A stretch of 64,000 nucleotides of DNA, from positions 288,001 through 352,000 of the forward strand of contig JAXDQS010000010.1 in assembly GCA_034667725.1 (NCBI GenBank). The letters run 5' to 3'. The DNA comes from Thermoplasmata archaeon (GTDB taxonomy: Archaea; Thermoplasmatota; E2; JACPAO01; JAHFTW01). Numbering within the stretch: the stretch's first letter is position 1; every line of letters begins with the position of its first letter. Made by a program: the position numbers and the translations under genes. This document shows, one piece after another, positions 34,852 through 44,147 of the stretch. Under the pieces are notes generated by a model. That model saw only the letters and a list, made by a program, of their open reading frames with translations. It did no database searches and was not told where the DNA came from.

Positions 34852-36965
34852 GGCGCGCACCTCCGGAGAGCCAGGCAGGCGTCGACGGCCTGGACCGTGG
34901 CCGCCGGCCCCGCCTCTTGGCTGGGGGAAGCGCCTTGCAGCACGGGCATCCGGACGTACATCTGCGGGATGGCGGTCGAGTTGGGGAACGCAACCCCCGG
35001 GACCGGGAACACCGTGCGCGGGTCGAGCTGGAGTGTCGGCAGCAGCAGCTGGGCGTCACCGTCGAACGACACCACGACGTCGGAGGGGGTCGTGGCCGAG
35101 GCGTGGTCCGGGTAGGGGTACTGGAACAGCCAGAGCGCGAGGCGGTGGCCTTCGGGGATGTGGACCTCGAGGGGCTCGAACTCGACCTGGGCGACGTAGC
35201 GTTCTCCAGGCTGCAAGGCCTGGGGCTCCTCGCCGCCGGCGTAAAAGCGGAGGTTCATCTGGGCGTGGCCGACGACCGGGATGCCGGCCGGCTTCCACGT
35301 CATGACGGTGGAGCCTTCCGCGATGAGCGTGCGGACGATGGTGGGCGAGCGCACCAGCCCTTTGGGGTCCATGTCGAACAGCCACGCCGCCAGGAAGCCG
35401 CCCTCGCCGGTCACCTTGAAGGGGACCTTGGCCTGGGGCATGCCCGAGAGGTGCAGGCCGTCGGGGAACGGCTCGGAGACGAGCTGGACGATGTTGGTGG
35501 GCATGGCGCCGGTCGAGGCCTTCAGGGTCGCCTCGCCGGCGGCACCGCTCCCGAGCACGCCGTCGGCGCCCAAGGCGAGCGACTGCCACGCGGGGGCCGC
35601 CGGCGGGAACGCGTCCGCGTTGCGCCAGAAGCCCAGGTCGTCCTGGACCTGGATGGCCGGCCCGGTGTCCACCTGCGCGTCGCCGAGCAGGTGCTTGTCG
35701 AACCAGCGGGCAAGGATGTCGCCGAAGTCCATGCGGCAGGCGAGCACGACCCAGCCGGGCGCCCCGGGCTGGCAGTTGCCGTCGGGCGTCTGGTGGCCCC
35801 ACTGGCCGTACCACTCCTTGACCTCCAAGCCCTTGGCGCGCAGGGCGAGGTTGAACGGGACCGCCGAGTGCGGGTCCACGTTCCAGTCCTGCAGGCCGTG
35901 GACCAGGAAGACGCTGCCCTTGTAGTTGGCCAGGACGTCGTCGCGGTGGTCGCGCTCGACCCAGTAGGAGCTGGCGGCCGCCATGCGGCTGCCTTCCGCC
36001 GCCGCGACCTGGCCAAGGGCCTGGCCTTCGAGCGCCTCGGGGCACAGCAGGTTCTGGCGGTCCTGGTACTCCTTGCGGCCGGTGGCATGGCCGATCCCTG
36101 CCGGGGGAACCGGCCACGGCTCGCCGAGCAGCGGCCCGACGTTCTCCTCCCACAGGTCGCCGCCGGCGGGGAACTGCTCGCTGAAGCCGAAGCCCCAGTA
36201 GACGTCCTTGCTGTGCATGATGGCGGCGCGGGTCTCGGCGCTGCCGTTGTGCAGCATCAGGTCGTAGACGTCCGGAAGCCCGGAGATGGGGACGATGGTC
36301 TTGAGGTACGGGTTGCCGGTGCCGGCCGCCGTCCACGGCGTCGAGCCGTCGTACGACACGCCGATCATGCCGATGTTGCCGTTGCTCCAGGGCTGCTCGC
36401 CCAGCCAGGTCAGCGCCTGGTCCAAATCCGCGGTCTCGTCGGGGCCGAACAGGTCCATGCAGCCGCCCGCCGTGCCGGTGCCGCGCACCGCAAGCTGGAC
36501 GACCGTGTAGCCTCGCGGCAGCATGTTCTGGACCAAGAGCGGCGTCATCTGGGTCTGGTTCTCCATGGTGAGCCCGTCCTGCTCGTAGTACGGGCCCGCG
36601 TCCACGATGATCGGTGTCGGCGCCGTGTGGTTGTCGGGGCGCCAGACGGCCATCACGATGTCCACCCGCGCGTCGTCGCCTTGGGACCCGAGCACGCCCG
36701 TGAAGCCCATGGCGTCGGCCGCCGGCCCGTAGGCGGGCCGCGCCGACTCCAGGGTGATGAGCTCAGGCCGCATCGCCGGCCGCAGCGAGCCCGTTACCAG
36801 GGGCAGGCTCCCGGCGGCGCCGGTCATGTACGCGCCCTCGAAGACGCCCGGGTTCCGGTACGGCGAGTCGGTGTCGAACCCGTCGAACTCGTCGTACGCC
36901 TCCAGGCATCCGCCCAAGGTCAGCGCCAGCAGCAGGCCCGTGATGGCAAGCGACCGCGACCGCAT
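34848..36965 (-). CDS. CocE/NonD (peptidase S15-like) hydrolase lipoprotein
   Basis: Lipobox LGGC; VRGTG..GGC, GVSYDG nucleophile elbow, HGLQDWNV, QWGH. Confidence 0.88.
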   Translation of the reverse strand: MRSRSLAITGLLLALTLGGCLEAYDEFDGFDTDSPYRNPGVFEGAYMTGAAGSLPLVTGSLRPAMRPELITLESARPAYGPAADAMGFTGVLGSQGDDARVDIVMAVWRPDNHTAPTPIIVDAGPYYEQDGLTMENQTQMTPLLVQNMLPRGYTVVQLAVRGTGTAGGCMDLFGPDETADLDQALTWLGEQPWSNGNIGMIGVSYDGSTPWTAAGTGNPYLKTIVPISGLPDVYDLMLHNGSAETRAAIMHSKDVYWGFGFSEQFPAGGDLWEENVGPLLGEPWPVPPAGIGHATGRKEYQDRQNLLCPEALEGQALGQVAAAEGSRMAAASSYWVERDHRDDVLANYKGSVFLVHGLQDWNVDPHSAVPFNLALRAKGLEVKEWYGQWGHQTPDGNCQPGAPGWVVLACRMDFGDILARWFDKHLLGDAQVDTGPAIQVQDDLGFWRNADAFPPAAPAWQSLALGADGVLGSGAAGEATLKASTGAMPTNIVQLVSEPFPDGLHLSGMPQAKVPFKVTGEGGFLAAWLFDMDPKGLVRSPTIVRTLIAEGSTVMTWKPAGIPVVGHAQMNLRFYAGGEEPQALQPGERYVAQVEFEPLEVHIPEGHRLALWLFQYPYPDHASATTPSDVVVSFDGDAQLLLPTLQLDPRTVFPVPGVAFPNSTAIPQMYVRMPVLQGASPSQEAGPAATVQAVDACLALRRCAP

Positions 36966-36968
36966 GGC

Positions 36969-39005
36969 TCAGCTCCTGGTGGCCACGCGCACTGGGGAGC
37001 CGCCCGTGACGCCCGCGCCCAAGACCTCCCGCAGGACCTTGTCCTTGCCCTTGCCGACCAGGACGTCCTCGAGGACCTCCAGCACGCCGCGGGCCTGGAC
37101 GATCTCCACCCGGCTGCGGTACACGGGGTTCAGCAGGATGTCGTTGGCGTTGGCCGTCGGCACCACGACACGGGCGAAGCCCGAGTCCACGGCCGACTCG
37201 ATCAGCTGCGTGATGCCCTTGACGGCCTTGACGGCGCCGGTGACGGTGAGGCCGCCGATGACGACCGTGTCCTGGCGCACCTCGACGCCGTGGACGGCCG
37301 ACAGGGCGCTGACCGCCATGGCCAGGCCGCAGCCGCGCGCGTCGACGCCGTCCTGCGGGATGACGCTCTGGACGTGCAGGTCGCTGTCCGCGACCGTCGT
37401 GCCGGTGACCTTCTTGAGCCACGCCTCGACGATCTCGGTCTCGGCCGGGGCGCTGCCTTCGAGGCCGCCCCCGAACGCCATGAGGCCGCCCTGGCGCGAC
37501 AACGGCGCCGTGACGGCGGCGTTGACGGGCACCACGAGGCCGGCGGGCTCGCCGACCTCGCCCGTGCCGACCAGGCCGGCGCCGTGCGCCATGCCGACGA
37601 GGGCGTCGGTGGAGCGCAGGCCGTCGTGGCTGCGGCGCTCCTCCAGGCCCTGCTCGGCGATCTGCTGCTCCAGGCTGCGGCTGAGGCGCTTGGCCTCGCG
37701 CACGTCCTCGGCGGTCACGACCTTGCTGCCGCGCGCCTGCGCGACGTCGCCGGCCGTGCGCACCAGGCCGCCCAGCTCGCGCAGGCGGAGGGTGAGCTTG
37801 CCGCGCTGGCCGCTGCGGCGCTGGCCCTCGAGGATGACCTCGGCGATGGCGTGGGCCTCGAACTTGGCGATGCGGCCGTCGTTCTTGACCTCCTGCGCCA
37901 CGAAGCGGCACAGCTTGAGGCGGTTGTCGTGGTTGTCCGGCATGGTGCTGTTGACGTACACCTCGTAGCCGTAGCCGCGGATGCGGGAGCGCAACGCCGG
38001 GTGCAGGCCGGTGTGGCGGCCGTCCGGGGTGTGGATGGCGTCGAGGTTGCCGGCGGCCACCAGGATGAAGTCGCAGGGGAGGGGCGCGGTCTTGACCATG
38101 GCGCCGCTCGAGGTCTCGGACTGGCCGACGATGGTGTATTGGCGGTCCTGCATCGCGGTCAGGAGCGCCTGCTGGCTGTCGAGGCGCAGCACGTTGATCT
38201 CGTCGATGAACAGGATGCCCTTGTGCGCCTTGTGGATGGCGCCGGGCTCGACGCGGTCGTGCGCCGGCGTCTCCAGGCCGCCAGACTGGAACGGGTCGTG
38301 GCGCACGTCGCCCAAAAGGGCGCCGGCGTGGCTGCCGGTGGCATCGACGTAGCGGGTGTGGTTGGCCTGCTTGGGGTCGTACTCCAGCAGCACCTTCGGG
38401 ACCAGGTAGGGGGTCGCGTCCTTGGCGTTGCGGAACAGCGCGAACAGGAAGGCGGCCACCAGGACGGCGATGCAGAACACCATCACGGTGAGCAGCGTGA
38501 AGCCCTCGACGAAGAAGCCGGCGAAGCCCAAGCCCAGGATGGCGCCCACCGCGATCCACTCGACCAGCTGGCGCGCCACCTTCTTGCGGCGGGCGAGCCG
38601 GCGCATCTTGGCCGCGACCACCTTGCCGTTGCCCGGCGCCGTGGTGTTGACGAGGGGGGCGTTGGGGTCCTTCTTGTTGTGGACCATGAGGACGTCCTCG
38701 AGCTGCTGCGGCGGGAGCATCTCCTTCAGCGCCTTCGCGATCATGGACTTGCCCGTGCCGGGGTCGCCGATCAACAGCAGGTTGCGCTTCTGGGCGGCGG
38801 CCTTGCGGGCCACGGCGACCGCCTGGTCTTGGCCGATGACCTGCTCGATCAAGAGCTCGGGGACGGGGACGTTGTCCGAGTCCTGGATGCCGGACTGGCG
38901 GTCCACCCACTCGTAGGGATCATTGATCATCCGGTCGGAAGCGGCGGTCGCCTTGGCGTGGCCGTTCGTGGGGGCGGTCTGGGAGGCCTTGGTCCTGGTG
39001 GTCAT
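36969..39005 (-). CDS. lonB: Membrane-bound LonB homologue with degenerate protease active site
   Basis: EQVIGQ, GDPGTGKS, two-TM insert, GDVRHDPFQSGGL, ILFIDEI, LRSRIRGYG; Ser and Lys dyad positions are Gly558 and Leu601. Confidence 0.88.
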   Translation of the reverse strand: MTTRTKASQTAPTNGHAKATAASDRMINDPYEWVDRQSGIQDSDNVPVPELLIEQVIGQDQAVAVARKAAAQKRNLLLIGDPGTGKSMIAKALKEMLPPQQLEDVLMVHNKKDPNAPLVNTTAPGNGKVVAAKMRRLARRKKVARQLVEWIAVGAILGLGFAGFFVEGFTLLTVMVFCIAVLVAAFLFALFRNAKDATPYLVPKVLLEYDPKQANHTRYVDATGSHAGALLGDVRHDPFQSGGLETPAHDRVEPGAIHKAHKGILFIDEINVLRLDSQQALLTAMQDRQYTIVGQSETSSGAMVKTAPLPCDFILVAAGNLDAIHTPDGRHTGLHPALRSRIRGYGYEVYVNSTMPDNHDNRLKLCRFVAQEVKNDGRIAKFEAHAIAEVILEGQRRSGQRGKLTLRLRELGGLVRTAGDVAQARGSKVVTAEDVREAKRLSRSLEQQIAEQGLEERRSHDGLRSTDALVGMAHGAGLVGTGEVGEPAGLVVPVNAAVTAPLSRQGGLMAFGGGLEGSAPAETEIVEAWLKKVTGTTVADSDLHVQSVIPQDGVDARGCGLAMAVSALSAVHGVEVRQDTVVIGGLTVTGAVKAVKGITQLIESAVDSGFARVVVPTANANDILLNPVYRSRVEIVQARGVLEVLEDVLVGKGKDKVLREVLGAGVTGGSPVRVATRS

Positions 39006-39009
39006 GCGG

Positions 39010-40845
39010 TCACATCTTCTTCTTGCGTCCGGCGCGGACGTGGGACTTGCGTTTCGCGGTGGCGGCGCTCACCGCCACGATGGCGGAGGCGGTCAAGGAG
39101 CCGGCAACGCCCATCACGACGCTCGAGGAGGTCGCGGGGGCGGGGTTCGGGGGTGGCGGCGGGTTCGGCAGGCCGGCGGCCGCGGGGCCGCGCAGCTCGG
39201 TCACTTCGATGAGCTCGGCGAAGTCGACGAAGCCGTAGTTGCCGACGGCGTAGAACTCGCGCTGGTAGAACTCCCCCAGCGGGCGGTTCTGGTACTCGAA
39301 GGGAGCCTGCGGCAGCTCCAGGAAGTCGTCGGACAGGTCGTTGTAGAGGCTCACGGGCTGGCTGTTGAGGAAGCCGTCCTTCTGCCGCAGCGCCTGGTCG
39401 CCGACCCGGAGGTCAATCTCCTCCAAGAGGCCGTAGTGCTCGTCGATGGCCACGATGGCCTTGAAGTACTCCGGCTTGTAGGCGTAGCTCGCGTCGTCGG
39501 GCCAGTCCGCCACGCGCTTGAAGACCAGGTGGATGACGCCGGAATACTCCCGGTAGATCATGTCCTGGATGTTGGTCTCCGCAAGCGGCATGTTGGCGTA
39601 CACGATCTGCAGCGCGTCGCCGTACGACTGGGGCTCGCCCCAGGCGACCAGGCGGGCGGCCGGGTCGTACTTGCCGTAGGCGCCGTCGAGGCGGACGCGG
39701 GTGGCGTTGCCGGCCACGACGACCTCGGTGGTCAAGAGCGCCATGCGGCCGTCCGAGCGCACGCCCAGCTTCGGGCGGCCGCCCGCGAGCGGCGCCTCCC
39801 CGATGTGCTCGGGCGCGCCGCCCTCGGGCCGGAAGCGGAACATGTGGATTTCGCCGGGCCGCGCCGTCGGGTCCCAGCTTGGCGCACCCGCGCCCTCGGC
39901 GACCAGGCAGCCGACGTACAGCCAGCCTTCGGAGATGACCGGGTTGGTGCTGGTCGCGCACGGCGCGATGACGTTGGCCGCCGCGGACTTGTAGGGGTCG
40001 CCGACGTTGGCGCTGGTGGACACCCACGAGATGGCGCCCCGGGCGGTGGCCGCGCCGGACGCCGGCGCGTCCTCGGCGGCCGCGGCCGGCTGGGCGGCAA
40101 GCGGGTCCCTGACTTTTTCCAGCAGCTCCTTGGCTTGGCCGGCCAGGCTGGGGTCGCGGGCCGCCCCGGCGCCGGCCGCCGCCAACGGCTGCTCGTTCCA
40201 CAGCAGGACGACGTGGTCGCTCAACGGGTCGTAGGCGAACCAGGTCTGGCCGATGCGGTTGCCGGCGTGCAACGCGTCGATGTAGTCCACGTTGTACGAG
40301 CCGTCCTGGTTGGCGTTGATGTCCTGCAGGCTGCCGAACTTCTGCGCCGCGATGACGTAGCGCCAGCCGCCCGTGCCGTTGCCGCCATTGTCCGGCGGGA
40401 CGGCGTAGAGCGAGGAGATGAACACGTGGCCGTACGGGTCGAGCGCGATGCCGGGATGCTCGCCGGTGGCCGTCGAGGGGATGCCGTCCGGCTGGAAGTA
40501 GGGCTTGTCGAGCCACGACGCGCCATGGTCCTGGCTGGTGTGCGTGGTGTACTGCTGGCCCCCGCGGCTGCGTGCCTCGGGACCGTCGCCGGCGCTGGAG
40601 CCGTGCAGGCTCGCGAAGATCATGTTGTTGACGTCGTCGGGGTCCACGACGATGGCCGGCGACCCCAGGGCGTCCGCGCCGTCCCATGCCTGGATGGGGC
40701 ACTGCCCGTTGGTCGTGTCCGGGCAGGCGATGAAGATGTCGTACTGGACGGCGTCCCGCGGCTCCGACTGCGCCAAGGTCATGGTGGGGGCTGCCGCCAG
40801 GAACAGGCAGCAAGCGACCAAGACGGGGCGATTCACTCCGAGCAC
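39010..40845 (-). CDS. Exported Asp-box/beta-propeller-like protein with C-terminal anchor
   Basis: Signal peptide; TSQDHGASW Asp-box; Pro-rich linker, weakly hydrophobic helix and basic tail. Confidence 0.7.
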   Translation of the reverse strand: MLGVNRPVLVACCLFLAAAPTMTLAQSEPRDAVQYDIFIACPDTTNGQCPIQAWDGADALGSPAIVVDPDDVNNMIFASLHGSSAGDGPEARSRGGQQYTTHTSQDHGASWLDKPYFQPDGIPSTATGEHPGIALDPYGHVFISSLYAVPPDNGGNGTGGWRYVIAAQKFGSLQDINANQDGSYNVDYIDALHAGNRIGQTWFAYDPLSDHVVLLWNEQPLAAAGAGAARDPSLAGQAKELLEKVRDPLAAQPAAAAEDAPASGAATARGAISWVSTSANVGDPYKSAAANVIAPCATSTNPVISEGWLYVGCLVAEGAGAPSWDPTARPGEIHMFRFRPEGGAPEHIGEAPLAGGRPKLGVRSDGRMALLTTEVVVAGNATRVRLDGAYGKYDPAARLVAWGEPQSYGDALQIVYANMPLAETNIQDMIYREYSGVIHLVFKRVADWPDDASYAYKPEYFKAIVAIDEHYGLLEEIDLRVGDQALRQKDGFLNSQPVSLYNDLSDDFLELPQAPFEYQNRPLGEFYQREFYAVGNYGFVDFAELIEVTELRGPAAAGLPNPPPPPNPAPATSSSVVMGVAGSLTASAIVAVSAATAKRKSHVRAGRKKKM

Positions 40846-40932
40846 CGATCCACCGCGGCTCCACAGGGCCGCGACCCCTGCGTCGCATTGCCGGGATAGA
40901 AAGCTTGGGGTGGCGTTGTGTTGCCCCGGCGG

Positions 40933-42654
40933 CTACGCGACGCGCTCCGGGTGCCCCCACCGCGGCACGACGGCCCGGTGCGCCAATCCTTGCGCCCGGC
41001 ACAGCCGCTCGTACCGGTCGCCCGTCAAGTCGGGGCGCTCGCTGTGGATAGGCACCAGCGTCTTGGGCCGCAGCGTCTCCAGGATCTCCTGGATGTCCTC
41101 CTGCGCGAGGTGCCCGCTCACGTGGGTCCGCCGCGGCTCGTGGTCGGGCGCATTGAGGTTGAAGGCGCGCAGCCAACGGTGCAGGCGGAACTGGTCCATC
41201 TCCATGTCGTCGTTGTGCGGCTGCGTCTGCGAGTGGATGTAGAGGCCGCCCGCCGCCGACCGGTCGGGGAACACCTCGAACAGGTCGGTCATGTTGAACA
41301 GCGTCAGGCTCACGAGGTAGCCGCCGGGGTCGCGGGCCACCTCGGCGGCGGTCACGACGTGCGGGTCGCCGAACGGCACCGGCTGGGTGATGACACGGTC
41401 GCGGCCTTGGTATTCGTCGCGGCCGCCCAGGAGCTCGAACTCCCAGCGCGCCAGGTCGCGGCTGGCAAGGTCGAGCCACTCGGCAGGCGACACCTGGATG
41501 AAGTCGATGGCGAGCCGCTGCTTGTCCGCGATGGGCATCTCGCCTGGGCGGCGCAGCAGGTGCGAGCCGCCGCGCACCAGGACGCCAAGGTGCGGGCTGG
41601 TGCGCCAGTCCGGCGCCTCCTCGCAGCCAGCCTCACGGAGCGCCGACAGCAAATGCGCCTGCTTCGCCGAGATCAGCAGCCGGCGGCCGACCGAGGCGGC
41701 GACGCGGTGCAGGCTGCGCAAACGGTCGAGGTCGCGCGGCGGGTAGCCGACGCCGACGAACGGCGGGCCGCCAGCGGCCTCGTGCGCCTCGACGAGGGCG
41801 CGGACCTCGTGCTCGACGTCGGACTCACGGTCGGTGCCATGGCCATGGCGGCCGTGGTCGCTCACCCGCGTGCCCTCCATGATGAGCACGTCGGCCTCGG
41901 CGGCCGCCTTCAGGAACGCGGCGGTCTTGGCGGGGTCGGAGCCATGGCGCCGGAAGTCGCCGGTGTACACGACCTTGGTGTCGCCGTCCGTGAGCACGAA
42001 GGCGCCGGCGCCCTGGATGCTGTGGTCCACGGCATGGAACGTCAGGGCCCACTTGCCATGCGTGACGGCCTGCGGGCTGGTGACGAACGGACGCTCGACG
42101 CGCGGGTCGTCGTCGGAGTAGCGCACGTCGCCGAGGCCGCCCTTCTTGTTGCGCTGCAGGACGCCGCGGACGCGCAGGTCGGTGTAGTCGGTCTCCCAGC
42201 CGCCGACCCCCGTGGCCTCGACGCTGCGGAGCGTGGCAAGGCTGAGGGGCGAGGTGACGATGGGCAGGTCGCGGCGCAGCAGCCCAATGAGGCCGCAGTG
42301 GTCCACATGGGCGTGACTGACGAGCGCGAAATCGACGGGGGAGTCGCCCGACACGCCGCCGAGGTCCGGGCGGTAGAGGCGGGGCAACGCGCCGCGCCAC
42401 GGGATCAGGTCGAGCGCGCCCAGGTCCGCGGCCGCCATGTGGGCGCGCGGCTTCTGGAAGGCGTCGAAGTAGTCGTTCCAACCCGGCCGGCGCTCGAAGG
42501 CCGCGGGCGAGAAGCGGTCCTCGCCGCCCATCGTCTGCGCGGCGCCGAAGCGCTTGCCGACGTCCAGCATGACGCGCAGGCCGGGGGCTTCGAGAAGGAA
42601 GGCATTGCCGCCGATCTCGCCGACGCCGCCGAAGCCGGTGAGCGTGACGGTCAC
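40933..42654 (-). CDS. MBL-fold beta-CASP ribonuclease (RNase J-related)
   Basis: GGVGEIGGN, SHAHVDH, VDHS, YTGDFR, HVSGH, PIH; GTG start at 42654. Confidence 0.85.
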   Translation of the reverse strand: MTVTLTGFGGVGEIGGNAFLLEAPGLRVMLDVGKRFGAAQTMGGEDRFSPAAFERRPGWNDYFDAFQKPRAHMAAADLGALDLIPWRGALPRLYRPDLGGVSGDSPVDFALVSHAHVDHCGLIGLLRRDLPIVTSPLSLATLRSVEATGVGGWETDYTDLRVRGVLQRNKKGGLGDVRYSDDDPRVERPFVTSPQAVTHGKWALTFHAVDHSIQGAGAFVLTDGDTKVVYTGDFRRHGSDPAKTAAFLKAAAEADVLIMEGTRVSDHGRHGHGTDRESDVEHEVRALVEAHEAAGGPPFVGVGYPPRDLDRLRSLHRVAASVGRRLLISAKQAHLLSALREAGCEEAPDWRTSPHLGVLVRGGSHLLRRPGEMPIADKQRLAIDFIQVSPAEWLDLASRDLARWEFELLGGRDEYQGRDRVITQPVPFGDPHVVTAAEVARDPGGYLVSLTLFNMTDLFEVFPDRSAAGGLYIHSQTQPHNDDMEMDQFRLHRWLRAFNLNAPDHEPRRTHVSGHLAQEDIQEILETLRPKTLVPIHSERPDLTGDRYERLCRAQGLAHRAVVPRWGHPERVA

Positions 42655-42800
42655 GCCGCGGCCTCCGCGTGGCGGACGGCGGCCCCGCAGGTAGAGCAGG
42701 TCAGGAGGAAGCAGGCCCGCCGATGGGTCGGGCAGGGCGCCGACTGGACGGTGCGGGGGCTGCAGTGCCCGCACCCTGCCAGGATGCCGTTCCCCTCCAT
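42651..42800 (-). CDS. Zinc-finger micro-protein (49 aa)
   Basis: CGHC...CPTH...C...CSTCG; GTGA overlap with the RNase gene. Confidence 0.55.
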   Translation of the reverse strand: MEGNGILAGCGHCSPRTVQSAPCPTHRRACFLLTCSTCGAAVRHAEAAA

Positions 42801-42943
42801 GGAGGCGCTCCAGAGGGTGCGGATACTTGAGGGATGGCAGGGGGGCGGTGAAGGCGGGGGGCTACGCGCCCAGGACATGCCGCGCGATCACGAGCCGCTA
42901 GCCGGGGCTCCGCCCACCGTCGGGCCTCCCCCGCGGCCATTGC

Positions 42944-44089
42944 CTACGCGCCCAGCACGTGCCGCGCGATGACCAACCGTTGAATCTCGCTCGTCCCCTC
43001 GAAGATCTCGAAGATCTTGATGTCCCGCATGTAGCGCTCGACGGGGTAGTCCTTGGTGTAGCCGTTGCCGCCGTGGATCTGGACGGCCTCAATGGTGGCC
43101 TTCATCGCCATCTCGCTTGCGAACAATTTGGCGCGGCTGGCGGCGTGGGTGAAGTCTTGGCCGTGGTCCTTGAGCCAGGCGGCCTTGAGGTACAGGTTGC
43201 GGGCGGCCTCGATGTGGACGTCCATGTCGGCGAGCTTCCACTGGATGGCCTGGTTGGTGGCGATGGGCCGCCCGAACTGGTGGCGTTCCTTGGCATACGC
43301 GATGGAGGCCTCGTAGGCGGCGCGCGCGATGCCGACGGAGCCGGCGGCGGCCATGATGCGGCCGGTGTCAAGGGTGCTCATGGCGATCTTGAAGCCCTCG
43401 CCCTCGCGGCCCAGCAGGGCGTCCTTGGGGACTTCGAGGCCTTCGAAGAACAATTGGTTGGTGTAGGAGGCGTTGAGGCCGAGCTTGTGCTCGTTGCGGC
43501 CGACCTTGAAGCCCTTGGCCTTGGTGTCCACCACGAAGGCGCTGACGCCGCGGGCGTCCTTCGAGTTGGCGTCGGTGCGCGCGAACAGCACGCAGACGTC
43601 CGCCACGGCGCCGTTGGAGATGAACTGCTTCTGGCCGTCGATGACGTAGTGGTCGCCTTCCAACCGCGCGGTGGTGCGCAGGCTGCCGGCGTCGCTGCCG
43701 GACTCGGGCTCGGTCAAGGCGTAGCAGCCCAGGTAGTCGCCGTTGGCGAGCTTCGGGAGGTAGTGCTGCTTCTGCGCCTCGGTGCCGTAGGTGAGGATGG
43801 GGCCGACGCTCAGGCTGGCGTTGGCGCCGAAGATGACGCTGTGGCTCGCGCACGCCCGCGCCAGCTCCTCCGCCACCAGCGCGAAGCTGACGTAGTCCGC
43901 CCCGGGGCCGCCGTACTTCTCCGGCACCGTGATGCCCAGCAGGCCCAGCTCGCCCATGCGCCTGGCCGTCGCCATCGGGAACGAGCCCTCGCGGTCGTGC
44001 TTGCCGGCCACGGGGACGATCTCGGTCTCGGCGAACTCGCGCACCATGTCGCGCACCATGCGCTGGGGCTCCGAGAGCTGGAAATCCAC
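42944..44089 (-). CDS. Acyl-CoA dehydrogenase
   Basis: ALTEPESGSDA, QIHGGNGY, IFEGTSEIQR. Confidence 0.95.
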   Translation of the reverse strand: MDFQLSEPQRMVRDMVREFAETEIVPVAGKHDREGSFPMATARRMGELGLLGITVPEKYGGPGADYVSFALVAEELARACASHSVIFGANASLSVGPILTYGTEAQKQHYLPKLANGDYLGCYALTEPESGSDAGSLRTTARLEGDHYVIDGQKQFISNGAVADVCVLFARTDANSKDARGVSAFVVDTKAKGFKVGRNEHKLGLNASYTNQLFFEGLEVPKDALLGREGEGFKIAMSTLDTGRIMAAAGSVGIARAAYEASIAYAKERHQFGRPIATNQAIQWKLADMDVHIEAARNLYLKAAWLKDHGQDFTHAASRAKLFASEMAMKATIEAVQIHGGNGYTKDYPVERYMRDIKIFEIFEGTSEIQRLVIARHVLGA

Positions 44090-44147
44090 GCGGCTCCAGA
44101 GGGCGTCCCCTACATGAGGGCGGCGCGTGGGGGGCGAACGGCCAAGG

